Shown here one piece after another: positions 41,702-51,443 of a DNA stretch of 64,000 nt. Made by a program: the position numbers and the translations under genes. How positions within the stretch are numbered: position 1 is the first letter of the stretch; each line of letters begins with the position of its first letter. This DNA comes from Sedimentisphaerales bacterium (lineage in GTDB: Bacteria; Planctomycetota; Phycisphaerae; Sedimentisphaerales; Anaerobacaceae): positions 1 to 64,000 of the forward strand of contig JAXGYC010000007.1 of assembly GCA_040772485.1 (NCBI GenBank). Direction: 5' to 3'. The notes below the pieces were generated by a model. The model made no database searches. It was not told where the DNA came from and saw only the letters and a list, made by a program, of their open reading frames with translations.

Positions 41702-42205
41702 ATGCGTTGGATCTGGATCGACAAATTTCTGGAGTTCGAGAGTGGTCGTCGTGCCGTCGCGGTCAAGAACGTGACGCTGGCCGAAGAGCACCTGCACGAC
41801 CACTTTCCGGGTTTTCCGATCATGCCGGAGTGCCTGATGATCGAGGCGATGGCGCAGACGGCCGGAATCCTCGTCGGCCAGGCGAACGACTTTCGCGAGA
41901 AGGTCGTTCTGGCCAAGATCAGCAAGGTCGTCTTCCACGATTTCGTCCGGCCGGGCGACAGCCTGCGGATCGAGGCACAGATCAGCTCGCTGGCGCCGGA
42001 AGCCGCCGGCACCACCGGCCGGATCCTGCGCGACGCGCAGCTCATCGCGGAGATCGACCTGATGTTCAGCCACATCGACCAGAACTTGGCGGGCAAGAAA
42101 TTCCCCGAGGAGAACTTCGTCTTCACCGGGTTGTTCACGTCCCTGTTGCGTGACATCATTTCGGAAGCGGCCGCCACGACCGCCTTGCCGGCGGAGTCAA
42201 GCTGA
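41702..42205 (+). CDS. FabZ-like hotdog dehydratase (second)
   Basis: KNVTLAEEHLHDHFPGFPIMPECLMIEAMAQ. Confidence 0.9.
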   Translation: MRWIWIDKFLEFESGRRAVAVKNVTLAEEHLHDHFPGFPIMPECLMIEAMAQTAGILVGQANDFREKVVLAKISKVVFHDFVRPGDSLRIEAQISSLAPEAAGTTGRILRDAQLIAEIDLMFSHIDQNLAGKKFPEENFVFTGLFTSLLRDIISEAAATTALPAESS

Positions 42206-43533
42206 TGGAATCGTCTCGTGTAGTTGTGACGGGGCTGGGGGCCGTCAGCCCTCTGGGGCTCAGCGCCGATCAGATGTGGGCCGGGCTTTGCGAGGGACGC
42301 TGCGGCATCGGTCGCATCAAGGCGTTCGATCCTGCGGGCCTGTTCTGTGAACTGGCCGGCGAGGTCCCCGCATACAGCATCCAGGACTACGTTCCACGCA
42401 AATACCGCAAGAGCTGCAAGCTGATGTGTCGGGACATCGAACTGGCGGTCATCGCGGCCCACCAGGCCGTGGCTGCCAGCGGACTGGTCACCAAGGGAGT
42501 CGATCCGGATCACGTCAGCATCGACCCGACCCGTATGGGTGTCAATATGGGGGCGGGCATCATCAGTTGCGACATGGTGGAGCTGGCGCCGGCCGTAGCC
42601 GTCAGCACCACCGACGGCCGCTTCGACATACGCAAATGGGGTCAGGTCGGCCTTGAGCACGTCACGCCTCTGTGGCTGCTGAAGTATCTGCCGAACATGC
42701 TGGCCTGCCACATCGGCATCATCCATGACTGTCAGGGCCCCAGCAACACGATCACCTGTGCGGAGGCGTCCGCCCACCTGGCGATCGCCGAGGCAGCCCA
42801 GGTCATCGCACGAGGCGACAGCGACATCGCTCTGGCAGGCGCCGCCGAGGCGAAGGTCAATCCGGTTATCATGGTCCGCCAGATCCTGCTCGAACGGACG
42901 AACAACATCAGTAACGATCGCCCCGCAGAAGCCTGTCGGCCCTTCGATGGAGACGCGCACGGGTCGGTCTTCGGCGAGGCCGGCGGCGTGCTCGTGCTCG
43001 AAAGCCTCTCTCATGCCCGGCGGCGCGGCGCCACGATTCTGGCCGAACTTGTGGGAATCGGGCACAGTCACTGTGTCGATCCGGCCTACGCACGGCTCGA
43101 ACCGGACGGCGAGGCGGTCCGCATCGCCATCACGAAGGCGCTCGACGACGCGGACCTCGACGCCCGGCAGGTCGATCTGCTCATCCCGCACGGAACGGGG
43201 CTGCCGCAGGACGACCTGGCGGAGGCCAGGGGGATCGAGGCCGCCCTCGGCGACGCGGTCGGCCGGGTTCCTGTCTGGCCGACCAAGAGCATGCTGAGCA
43301 CGACAGGCGCCGCCTCGGGCGCGTTGGACGCGATCGCCACCGTGCAGGCCATCGGGGCGGGTATGATCCCGGCGGCCAGGAATCTCACCAGGCCGCTCGA
43401 CGGCTGTCATCTGCGCATCTCCACCGAGCCGGTCCGGCGTCGCATCGACTATGCGATCTGCTGCAGCTACACGCATGGCGGCCAGACCGCCGCCCTCGTG
43501 TTCAAACGCTGCGACGAGGGGGCTGCGAGCTGA
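42205..43533 (+). CDS. Ketosynthase-fold protein lacking the catalytic triad (chain-length-factor-like)
   Basis: Aligns to FabF but has Glu at the catalytic Cys position and KSMLST instead of KSxxGH. Confidence 0.8.
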   Translation: MESSRVVVTGLGAVSPLGLSADQMWAGLCEGRCGIGRIKAFDPAGLFCELAGEVPAYSIQDYVPRKYRKSCKLMCRDIELAVIAAHQAVAASGLVTKGVDPDHVSIDPTRMGVNMGAGIISCDMVELAPAVAVSTTDGRFDIRKWGQVGLEHVTPLWLLKYLPNMLACHIGIIHDCQGPSNTITCAEASAHLAIAEAAQVIARGDSDIALAGAAEAKVNPVIMVRQILLERTNNISNDRPAEACRPFDGDAHGSVFGEAGGVLVLESLSHARRRGATILAELVGIGHSHCVDPAYARLEPDGEAVRIAITKALDDADLDARQVDLLIPHGTGLPQDDLAEARGIEAALGDAVGRVPVWPTKSMLSTTGAASGALDAIATVQAIGAGMIPAARNLTRPLDGCHLRISTEPVRRRIDYAICCSYTHGGQTAALVFKRCDEGAAS

Positions 43534-43534
43534 T

Positions 43535-44875
43535 ATGAAGACGCCCAAAAGCCACGAACGCATCGTCCTGACCGGAATGGGGATCGTCTCTCCTCTGGGC
43601 CATGACATCGAAAGCGTCTGGAAGGCCATCCTGGCCGGCCGCAGCGGCACCGCCCGCACGACGATCTTCGACGCCTCCACGTTTCCGACCACATTCAGCG
43701 CAGAGGTGAAAGACTACGATTTCCGGCGCCACGTTCAGCACCCGTCTCGACACGACCAGTGCAGTCGCAGCTCGGGTTTCGTCATCGGGGCCACGGTGCA
43801 GGCCTGCCGCCAAGCCGGGATAGACGTCGAATCACAGGCCCCTGCCGACCGCATCGATCGCACGAGAATGGGCATCTACCTCGGCGCCGGGGAAGGCTCC
43901 CTCGATAGCGATGCGTTCTTCGCCGGCATCCTCGCCGCCTGGAACGCCGAACGCAACGAGTTCGCCTGGCCCCATGCGAACCGCATCGTGCAAAAACAGA
44001 TGCAGGCCGCTCACGAACTCGAGCAGGAGCCGAACATGGCGGTGGCGCACATCGCCCGACTGACCGGCGCCAGAGGCCCGGCCCGCAGTTGCCTGACCGC
44101 CTGCGCCGCCAGCACTCAGGCGGTGGGCGAGGCCATGATGCTCCTGCGTCGGGGGCAAGCCGACGTCATGATCGCCGGGGGCGCCCACTCGATGATTCAC
44201 ATCCTGGGACTGACCGGTTTCAACCGGCTCACCGCTCTCTCGACGCGGAACGACAGCCCGGAAACCGCTTCCCGCCCCTTCTGTGCCAGCCGTGACGGCT
44301 TCGTCCTCGGGGAAGGCGCGGCGATCGTCGTTCTCGAATCGCTGACCTCCGCCCGCAAGCGAGGCGCGACGATCCTGGCGGAGCTGATCGGCTACGGCAG
44401 CAGCTCCGACGCCTATCGCGTCACCGACATGCACGACGAGGGACGCGGCGCGGTCCAGGCGATGCGGGCGGCGCTGGCGGACGCCGGACTGACGTATCGC
44501 GACATCGACTACATCAACACGCACGGCACGAGCACCCACGAGAACGATGCCGTCGAGACGCTGGCTATCAAGACCGTGTTTCAGGAGCGGGCCAAACAGG
44601 TCCCGGCCAGCAGCGTCAAGAGCATGCTGGGCCACCTGATCGCCGCCGCCGGCGCCGCCGAACTGATCACCTGCGTGCTGGCCATCCGGGACGGGATCGT
44701 CCCGCCGACCATCAACCTGAACGACCCCGATCCCGAGCTCGATCTCGACTACGTGCCGAACGCGGCCCGCAAGATGCCGCTTCACATCGTCATGAACGAA
44801 TCGTTCGGATTCGGCGGCCAGAACAACGTGGTCATTCTCAAACAATACTCGGAGGCCCGGGAGAAACCGCTTTGA
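43535..44875 (+). CDS. Beta-ketoacyl-ACP synthase (FabF-like, intact Cys-His-His)
   Basis: LTACAAS, NTHGTST, KSMLGH, SFGFGGQN. Confidence 0.93.
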   Translation: MKTPKSHERIVLTGMGIVSPLGHDIESVWKAILAGRSGTARTTIFDASTFPTTFSAEVKDYDFRRHVQHPSRHDQCSRSSGFVIGATVQACRQAGIDVESQAPADRIDRTRMGIYLGAGEGSLDSDAFFAGILAAWNAERNEFAWPHANRIVQKQMQAAHELEQEPNMAVAHIARLTGARGPARSCLTACAASTQAVGEAMMLLRRGQADVMIAGGAHSMIHILGLTGFNRLTALSTRNDSPETASRPFCASRDGFVLGEGAAIVVLESLTSARKRGATILAELIGYGSSSDAYRVTDMHDEGRGAVQAMRAALADAGLTYRDIDYINTHGTSTHENDAVETLAIKTVFQERAKQVPASSVKSMLGHLIAAAGAAELITCVLAIRDGIVPPTINLNDPDPELDLDYVPNAARKMPLHIVMNESFGFGGQNNVVILKQYSEAREKPL

Positions 44876-44923
44876 TGCGCTCCGTCTGTCCCACGGGACC
44901 GGCGTTCTCCGCCAGGAGAGACT

Positions 44924-46201
44924 ATGATTGACATTAGAGAACTGCGAGACCATCCCGATGTCTACATCCAGGCGGCCATAGACAAACGCATCCCCGCCGA
45001 CATTTCGAAACTGCTGGAGCTCGACCAGCGTCTGAAGGACGTCAAGGCCCGGCTTCAGGACATCGCCACAGAGAAGAACCGGATCGGCAAGTCTGTGCCC
45101 AAGCTGGGCGGCGCCGAGAAGGAAGCGGCCCTGCGCGAGTTGTCGCGGCTGAAACAGGAGGAAGAGGACGATCAGAATCAGGTCAAGCAGTGGCAGCCGC
45201 AGTTTGACGCGCTGATGCTCCAGGTTCCCCAGCCGGCCGATGCCGAGGTCCCCGTGGGCAAGGACGACACCGAGAACGTCGAGCTGCGCCGCGAAGGCCA
45301 AGTGCCGTCGTTCGACTTCGAAGTGAAAGACCACGTCGAACTCGGAGTCGCGTTGAACATGATCGACATCGAACGCGGCGTGAAACTGGCAGGCACGCGG
45401 AACTACTTCCTCAAGGGCGACGGCGCCCTGCTGCACTGGGCGGTGCTGCGCTTCGCGATCGACTTCATGGTCGAGCGGGGCTATGTCCCGATGTCCGTGC
45501 CGCTGCTGATGCGCGACGAGGCCATGCAGGGGACCGGCTATTATCCGGGCTCCGAAGAGCAGACCTACCGGATGGAGAAAGACGAGTTGAGCCTGGTCGG
45601 CACGGCGGAAGTGCCGCTGACCGCCTACCGCATGGGCGAGATTCTCCAGGACGAGGAGCTGCCGCTGAAGTTCGTGGCGCTGTCGAGCTGTTTTCGCCGC
45701 GAGGCCGGCGCCGCGGGCAAAGACACCTACGGCCTCTACCGCATCCACCAGTTCGACAAGGTCGAACAGGTCGTCATCTGCCGCAACAGCGACGAGGAAA
45801 GCGCCAGGTTCCACGAGGAGATTCTGGCCAATTCCGAAGGGGTGATGAAGGCCCTCGGACTGCCCTACCGCGTCGTGGTGGTCTGCACGGGCGACCTCGG
45901 CCGGGGCCAGGCCAAGAAATACGACATCGAAGCCTGGATGCCCTCGCGAGGCAACTACTGCGAAACGCACAGCGCCAGCAAATTCTACGATTTCCAGGCG
46001 CGCCGCATGAACCTGCGATACAAAGACACACAAACGAAGAAGAACCTCTTCTGCCACACGCTGAACAACACGGTGATCGCCTCGCCGCGCGTGCTGATCC
46101 CGCTGATGGAGCTATACCAGAACGCGGACGGATCGATCACGATCCCCCGGGTGCTGCGTCCTTACATGGGTGGCAGAGAGAGGATTGCCGCACGAAGCTG
46201 A
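44924..46201 (+). CDS. serS: Serine--tRNA ligase
   Basis: GTAEVP, CFRREAG, GLYRIHQFDKVE, KKYDIEAW, HTLN. Confidence 0.97.
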   Translation: MIDIRELRDHPDVYIQAAIDKRIPADISKLLELDQRLKDVKARLQDIATEKNRIGKSVPKLGGAEKEAALRELSRLKQEEEDDQNQVKQWQPQFDALMLQVPQPADAEVPVGKDDTENVELRREGQVPSFDFEVKDHVELGVALNMIDIERGVKLAGTRNYFLKGDGALLHWAVLRFAIDFMVERGYVPMSVPLLMRDEAMQGTGYYPGSEEQTYRMEKDELSLVGTAEVPLTAYRMGEILQDEELPLKFVALSSCFRREAGAAGKDTYGLYRIHQFDKVEQVVICRNSDEESARFHEEILANSEGVMKALGLPYRVVVVCTGDLGRGQAKKYDIEAWMPSRGNYCETHSASKFYDFQARRMNLRYKDTQTKKNLFCHTLNNTVIASPRVLIPLMELYQNADGSITIPRVLRPYMGGRERIAARS

Positions 46202-46222
46202 CCGTCGGCCGGCGCGCAACAG

Positions 46223-46261
46223 AAAAGGCGGCCCACAGGTTCAATGAACCTGAGGCCGCCT
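46223..46261. terminator. Hairpin terminator between convergent serS and secretin
   Basis: aggcggcc-c-acaggttca / tgaacctg-a-ggccgcct; T-run on the minus strand. Confidence 0.7.
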
Positions 46262-46282
46262 GAATCGCATGACATCTCGTGG

Positions 46283-49200
46283 CTACTTCTTCTTCGGAGC
46301 CTTTTCCTCCAGCTCCCGCCGTGTTTCTTCCAACTGGCTCGTCAGTTCATTCAGTCGTCGGCGGCTGCCGTCGATCTCGTTTCTGGCCTTCTCCGAGATA
46401 TCCTCGACCGCCTCGTCCATCACGAACGGAGTGACGAACACGATCAGCTCGCTGTTGGACTGAACGACGTCGTTGTGCTGAAACAGTCCGCCCAGCAGCG
46501 GCAGGTCGCCGAGCAGCGGCAGCTTGCGTTTGACGGCCGTGTCCTTCTCAAACAACATTCCGCCGAGCATGATCGTCTCGCCATCCTGAACCACCATGTT
46601 CGTCTTGCTCTCCACTTTGCTGCGCACCGGCTGGTTGTTGATCACCTCCGTCGTCAACTGAGACAGGTCGACGCGGATCTCCATGTCCACGCGCCGTTCC
46701 GGGGTGATGCTTGGACGGACCTGCATCGTCATACCGACGTTCTTGAACTCCACGTTCTGCGTCACGCCCACGTTGGCCGAACTGGTAGAGCCGGCCAGGA
46801 AGGCCACCTCCTGGCCCTTGAAGAACATCGCCTCTTCGTTGTCCTCCGTCCACAGCGTCTGCTGGTTGAGGATCTTGGCGTGGGTCGTCTTGATCAGGAA
46901 ATCGATCAACGCGTAGACCGCCGAGGTCCCGCCCACGATGGTGCCGGTCCCTTCGGCGCCGAGCGGCGTGTCGCTGGCCACTGCGGAGCCACGGGTCGCC
47001 AGATTCGTGAGCTGGCCCAGCGCCGTCACCGCGTTCTCCCCGAGATTGCTGAAGGCGTTTGGGTTGGTCGCCAGTTGGACGCCCAGAGAGGTCATGCTCC
47101 CGTGCTCGACTTCAACCACGATCGCCTTGACGAGCAACTGCTTGCCCGGGGTGTCCAGTTGCTTGATCGTCGCTTCGAGGCTGTCCTGAAACTCCGGGGC
47201 CGCAAGGACCAGAACGGATTTGCTGCGCGGATCGGGGATGAAGCGAACCTTGCCGATCACGTTGCTGATCGGTTCCTCGTCGGTGCGCTGCCGGGCGCCG
47301 GCGGACCACCAGGGCGTGTACTCGTCGCTGCTGCCTGCGTCCCTCGGATTGTTGTTGCCGGCGTTGGGCCCGCCGCCCTGGCCCCCTTGCGAGCTATCCA
47401 TCGAATATTCGGAAAGACCAGTCATCTGCCGGCGGATGCGGGCGGTCGTGCCGGGTTCGTTGAACATGGCATTGAGACGCTCCGCGAGATCCTCGGGATC
47501 GGCGTACTGCAACGGGACCACGTTGGGGATCTCCGCCATCTCCTGCCGGTCCAAGTCGTAGATCAACTGCTCGATCACGTCGTAGGCCTGCGGGATCTTG
47601 CTGATCACAATGATCTTCTTGGTTCCGGGCACGTCCTCGAACGTGAGCTGGCCGTATAGCGGGCCGACGATCTTCTTGCGTTCGTTGCCCGAGCCGCCGT
47701 AAAGGATCAGGCGGATCAGGTTGGAACTGGTGCTCTCCTGGTCAGCGGAGAACAGCTTCGCCAGCAACTGGGTCATCTGCACGGGGTCGGAGTTTCGCAG
47801 CTCGATGATGCGCGGCTTGACCGCGTCCACGTCCAGCGGCACGTCCCATTCCTCGATCTGCTTCTCGATCTTCCGCATGTTCTCGGGCGAGGCAATCACC
47901 GTGACCTGGCCCATCGTCGGAAACGCGATCACCTTGACCGTGTCGGAGTCCGGCCCCTGGCTGCCGCGACCGTAACGATAGTAGTAGTACGAATCGTATT
48001 CCGGGATTTGGTCGCCATAGAGGTTGTCGAGGTTCTCCTTGATCTGCTCGGGATCGGCGAACTTGAGGTCGAACTTCTTGGTCTCGAACGTTCCGGCGGG
48101 AATGTCGATCTCGGTAATCAGTTTCTTGACCATGTCACGCAGATCGGCCCGGCCGAAGATCATGATCTGTTTCGATCGCTCCAGCGGCCGAATCAGGATG
48201 CTGGGGGCCAGTTGCGTGCCCGGCATGTCCCGCAGCGCCTCCTCGATCCGGCTGGCCACTTCCCGCGTATCCGCGTAGGCAATGGCCACCGTCTCGTATT
48301 CCGAGGCGACCGGCTCTTCGCGATCGAGCTTCTGGATCCACTCGCCGATCTGCTTGATGTCGTCGGCCGAGCCTCGCGCGATGATCCACTTGGCCTTCGG
48401 CACGGGAATCAGCACGATCGGCACATCCCCGGCTCCGATCACGACGGAGGTGGCCGTCGTACTCGCAGCGCCCGGCGCGCCTGGACGGCTCGGCGCCCCC
48501 GATGGCCGCCGGCTGCTGCTGTAGACGTTTCGGCTGGGAGAGCCACCTCGGCGGCCGCCGGTCGGAGCCTCCCCGAGAAGCATGCGAAGCAACTGGACGA
48601 TCTCCGCTGGATCGCCATACTTGATCTCGAAAAACTGCTCCACAGCCCGGCCTGCCTCCGGCACGTCAAACTGAGCGATGATATGTCCGATGGACATGAG
48701 GTTCCCGACCGTGTCGATCACCAGGAGCATCCCGGTGGTTTCATCGACACTGACGTGGCCGTATTGCCCGACCAGCGGCTGGATGATCTCGCCCATCTGG
48801 GCGGGAGGATAGTTGCTCAGCCGGAAGAACTTGCGCACGATCTGATCGCGGTTCTCGATCATGGCCAGAGGCTCATCCGGCCCGACCGTCGGGACCACAC
48901 CCAGCTTCGCATCGGCAATCGGCTTGAGAAAGAGCATGTCGTCGATCTCTTCGACCACGAAGCCCTTCATGCGCAGCGCGCTGTAGATCGTCGAGAGAGC
49001 CTTGGCCCGCGGCAGCTTGTCCGGCGCGTAGATCGTGATCTTCTGCTTCATCGCGTCGTCGTGCGGAATCACGGTCTTGCCCGTCCACTCGGCGATCTTG
49101 TCGATGATCTTCTTCATCTCGACGTCTTTGAGATTGACCGCCTCCATGGGCTCGCCCGACTCGGACACCGCGTTCGGTTCGGAGACGTCGGCCCGGCCCC

Positions 49201-49495
49201 TTCTGCCCCGGGCGGAACGCCCCTCGGGACGGTTGGGGTCGGGCGCCTGACCTTCCGGCCTGTCCGCATCCGGCTCGTTGGCGTCGCCTACCTGGTTCGC
49301 ATCGGGCGACGCATTGGGCTCTGCCTCGGCCGGCGGCTCGTTGGGAGCGGGACTTGCCGCACGAGGCGATGCGGCCTCGACCGTCCGCGCCAGCGTCGGC
49401 ACGCCCGACTTGGGAACCGAGAAACCGACGCGCCAGACGATGATCCCGGCGGCCGCAAACACGATCACCCACAAGAGTATCTTGGACCGTTCCAC
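46283..49495 (-). CDS. gspD: Type II secretion secretin (GspD-like), 1070 aa
   Basis: N0 domain, several secretin_N repeats, C-terminal secretin (VQDGETIMLGG, LPLLGDLPLLGGLF, ELIVFVTP). Confidence 0.92.
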   Translation of the reverse strand: MERSKILLWVIVFAAAGIIVWRVGFSVPKSGVPTLARTVEAASPRAASPAPNEPPAEAEPNASPDANQVGDANEPDADRPEGQAPDPNRPEGRSARGRRGRADVSEPNAVSESGEPMEAVNLKDVEMKKIIDKIAEWTGKTVIPHDDAMKQKITIYAPDKLPRAKALSTIYSALRMKGFVVEEIDDMLFLKPIADAKLGVVPTVGPDEPLAMIENRDQIVRKFFRLSNYPPAQMGEIIQPLVGQYGHVSVDETTGMLLVIDTVGNLMSIGHIIAQFDVPEAGRAVEQFFEIKYGDPAEIVQLLRMLLGEAPTGGRRGGSPSRNVYSSSRRPSGAPSRPGAPGAASTTATSVVIGAGDVPIVLIPVPKAKWIIARGSADDIKQIGEWIQKLDREEPVASEYETVAIAYADTREVASRIEEALRDMPGTQLAPSILIRPLERSKQIMIFGRADLRDMVKKLITEIDIPAGTFETKKFDLKFADPEQIKENLDNLYGDQIPEYDSYYYYRYGRGSQGPDSDTVKVIAFPTMGQVTVIASPENMRKIEKQIEEWDVPLDVDAVKPRIIELRNSDPVQMTQLLAKLFSADQESTSSNLIRLILYGGSGNERKKIVGPLYGQLTFEDVPGTKKIIVISKIPQAYDVIEQLIYDLDRQEMAEIPNVVPLQYADPEDLAERLNAMFNEPGTTARIRRQMTGLSEYSMDSSQGGQGGGPNAGNNNPRDAGSSDEYTPWWSAGARQRTDEEPISNVIGKVRFIPDPRSKSVLVLAAPEFQDSLEATIKQLDTPGKQLLVKAIVVEVEHGSMTSLGVQLATNPNAFSNLGENAVTALGQLTNLATRGSAVASDTPLGAEGTGTIVGGTSAVYALIDFLIKTTHAKILNQQTLWTEDNEEAMFFKGQEVAFLAGSTSSANVGVTQNVEFKNVGMTMQVRPSITPERRVDMEIRVDLSQLTTEVINNQPVRSKVESKTNMVVQDGETIMLGGMLFEKDTAVKRKLPLLGDLPLLGGLFQHNDVVQSNSELIVFVTPFVMDEAVEDISEKARNEIDGSRRRLNELTSQLEETRRELEEKAPKKK

Positions 49496-49537
49496 TTTCT
49501 TCTCCTCGTATCAATCGGTTGGTCTCTCGTTCGCCTG

Positions 49538-50056
49538 TCAGTTCGAATCGACGGCGTTCGGCTCCGGTTTTGCAGTCGGCGCGTTCACGTCGTTGGGCGA
49601 TGCCGTGCGAGGCCGTCCCGACATCGCCGCGAAGACGGCTGCTCTCTCTTCCATGGACATCTGCGGCCATTTCTGCCGCAGCTCCTCCAGTTCCTCCGGC
49701 GACAGATGGGACAGTCGTCCCGGCTCCCTGCCCGAGGTGCGAAGTTGCTCACGCAGGGCCTCACGTCGCTGCTGCTTCTGCTCCTCCGTAAGGGCGCCGG
49801 CCTCGGCAAGCTGCTCGGCCTTCTCCTGTTTGGCCGCCGCCAACTGCTCGGGGGTGGGCGCCGGTTTGCTTTGCGCGCTGCGCCGTCCGGGAACCAGCTT
49901 CTCCAGATTGGCGATCTCGTTGGGTTCGGCTGCGACCGGCGGCGCGGGTTCGCTCGTGCCCGTGCGGGCCTGCCGGATCAACAGACCCAGCCCGTAGGCC
50001 GCGCCAAGCACGATGGCGACGCAGACGAGAGAGACGACAATGTTGCCCTGTTTCAT
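49538..50056 (-). CDS. Hypothetical membrane-anchored protein in T2SS cluster
   Basis: N-terminal TM, helical charged C-terminus. Confidence 0.75.
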   Translation of the reverse strand: MKQGNIVVSLVCVAIVLGAAYGLGLLIRQARTGTSEPAPPVAAEPNEIANLEKLVPGRRSAQSKPAPTPEQLAAAKQEKAEQLAEAGALTEEQKQQRREALREQLRTSGREPGRLSHLSPEELEELRQKWPQMSMEERAAVFAAMSGRPRTASPNDVNAPTAKPEPNAVDSN

Positions 50057-50112
50057 ATCCCTGATCCTTCTTCTGCGGATGTCATTATCCTGTCCGGCCT
50101 GCCGGCTGCCCC

Positions 50113-50853
50113 TTACATGTCCCCTCTTTCCATGGCCTGGACAGCCTGCTGCTTCTGTTCGTCGGGCATCTTATTCCATTGTTCTTTGGCCTCGGCCTTT
50201 TCCTCCTCGGACAGACTGTTCCACTTCTCAAGGAACTTGGTCCTCAGAGCGTCCGGCACCTTCACCCCCATCCAAGCCAGCGGGTCGTCGTCGGCCGGCG
50301 TGGGAGCGGCGGTGACTTTCACGGCCTCCGTCTTGCCCTCCGGTCGGGGGGGCCTCGGCTCCCGTGACCGCGCCCTTGCGGCCTCCGGCGGTCCGGGAGG
50401 TCCCGAGGGCCTGTCCCCATCGGCCTCGAACGGCGAGAACGTCTTCTTCTGGCCGTTCCATTCCACCGTAACCTTCGTCGGCTCGATGGCGAGGATCGTG
50501 GCGTCACCCACCTTCTCGCCCACCTTGTACAGTTTGTCTCCGATCAGGACCTCGGCGCCCAGGATGCCGTCGATCTGTTTGACCGGGTGTTCCTTCGGCG
50601 GTTCCTTGCTGAAGAGGTTCTTCTTCTTCAGCGCCTCGGCCGCCTCGCGGGCCTTGTCGAGATACGGCTTGACCTCGTTCGCGTCCGGGGCGCTGCGGGC
50701 CATCGCCTGCGCGACCCGATCCTCGGCATGAGCCGGCCCGTTGAAATACCCCACGACTCGGGCGCACGCCCAGGCGCCGAGCAGAACGGTGGCCGCGACC
50801 AGGCCGAACCGCGCCCGATCCATGTGTCTCTTCGTGGTACTGTCGAAGGCCAT
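50113..50853 (-). CDS. GspC-like protein
   Basis: TM then GILGAEVLIGDKLYKVGEKVGDATILAIEP (HR-domain-like); GGAGG RBS. Confidence 0.6.
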   Translation of the reverse strand: MAFDSTTKRHMDRARFGLVAATVLLGAWACARVVGYFNGPAHAEDRVAQAMARSAPDANEVKPYLDKAREAAEALKKKNLFSKEPPKEHPVKQIDGILGAEVLIGDKLYKVGEKVGDATILAIEPTKVTVEWNGQKKTFSPFEADGDRPSGPPGPPEAARARSREPRPPRPEGKTEAVKVTAAPTPADDDPLAWMGVKVPDALRTKFLEKWNSLSEEEKAEAKEQWNKMPDEQKQQAVQAMERGDM

Positions 50854-50857
50854 GGTT

Positions 50858-51424
50858 CTATTTCCCTCCCAGCGCCGTGGGTTTGATGGACGGCCGTCGT
50901 ACGAAGGCCGAGACGACCAGGTCGATTTCAATCTGCTTTCGCTTCTCCGGCGGTTCCTTGGTGTCGCAGCGAATGCGCAGCTCCTCGATCCCTACCAGGT
51001 GCGGGTTCTCCGGCGAAGCCGCCAGGAAGTCGAGCAACTGCGGCAGCTCGCACTTGCCGCTGCACTTGACGCGCATCACATCGTACGGCAGACCCAGCTT
51101 CTTCTTCGTGCCCAGGATCGCCAACGGCTCCGTCTTGACGCCCGCCTTCTTCAGTTGCTCGTACAGGCAATCTCGAACGAGGAACTGCTGTTTCTCTTCG
51201 AGCTGCGGCATCTCGGCCACCGGGACGATCGACAGGAGCGCCGCCTGCTTGACCGGGTCGGCGGTCACCGTTTCCAGTTGGCGGCGCGCGGCCTTCAGGG
51301 ACGCTCGCACCTCGCCCCATCGATCGAGACCTTTGAGGCCGAAGTGCAGGGCGACGATCACGAGAGCCGAGACGCCTCCAAAGATCAGAATGCGCACTTC
51401 GCGTTGTGTCAGTTTCCTTGCCAT
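50858..51424 (-). CDS. GspM/PilO-like inner membrane platform protein
   Basis: LTQRE-TM-coiled coil-ferredoxin-like layout; position in cluster. Confidence 0.7.
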   Translation of the reverse strand: MARKLTQREVRILIFGGVSALVIVALHFGLKGLDRWGEVRASLKAARRQLETVTADPVKQAALLSIVPVAEMPQLEEKQQFLVRDCLYEQLKKAGVKTEPLAILGTKKKLGLPYDVMRVKCSGKCELPQLLDFLAASPENPHLVGIEELRIRCDTKEPPEKRKQIEIDLVVSAFVRRPSIKPTALGGK

Positions 51425-51443
51425 AATCCGCTTTCGTCGAAGC

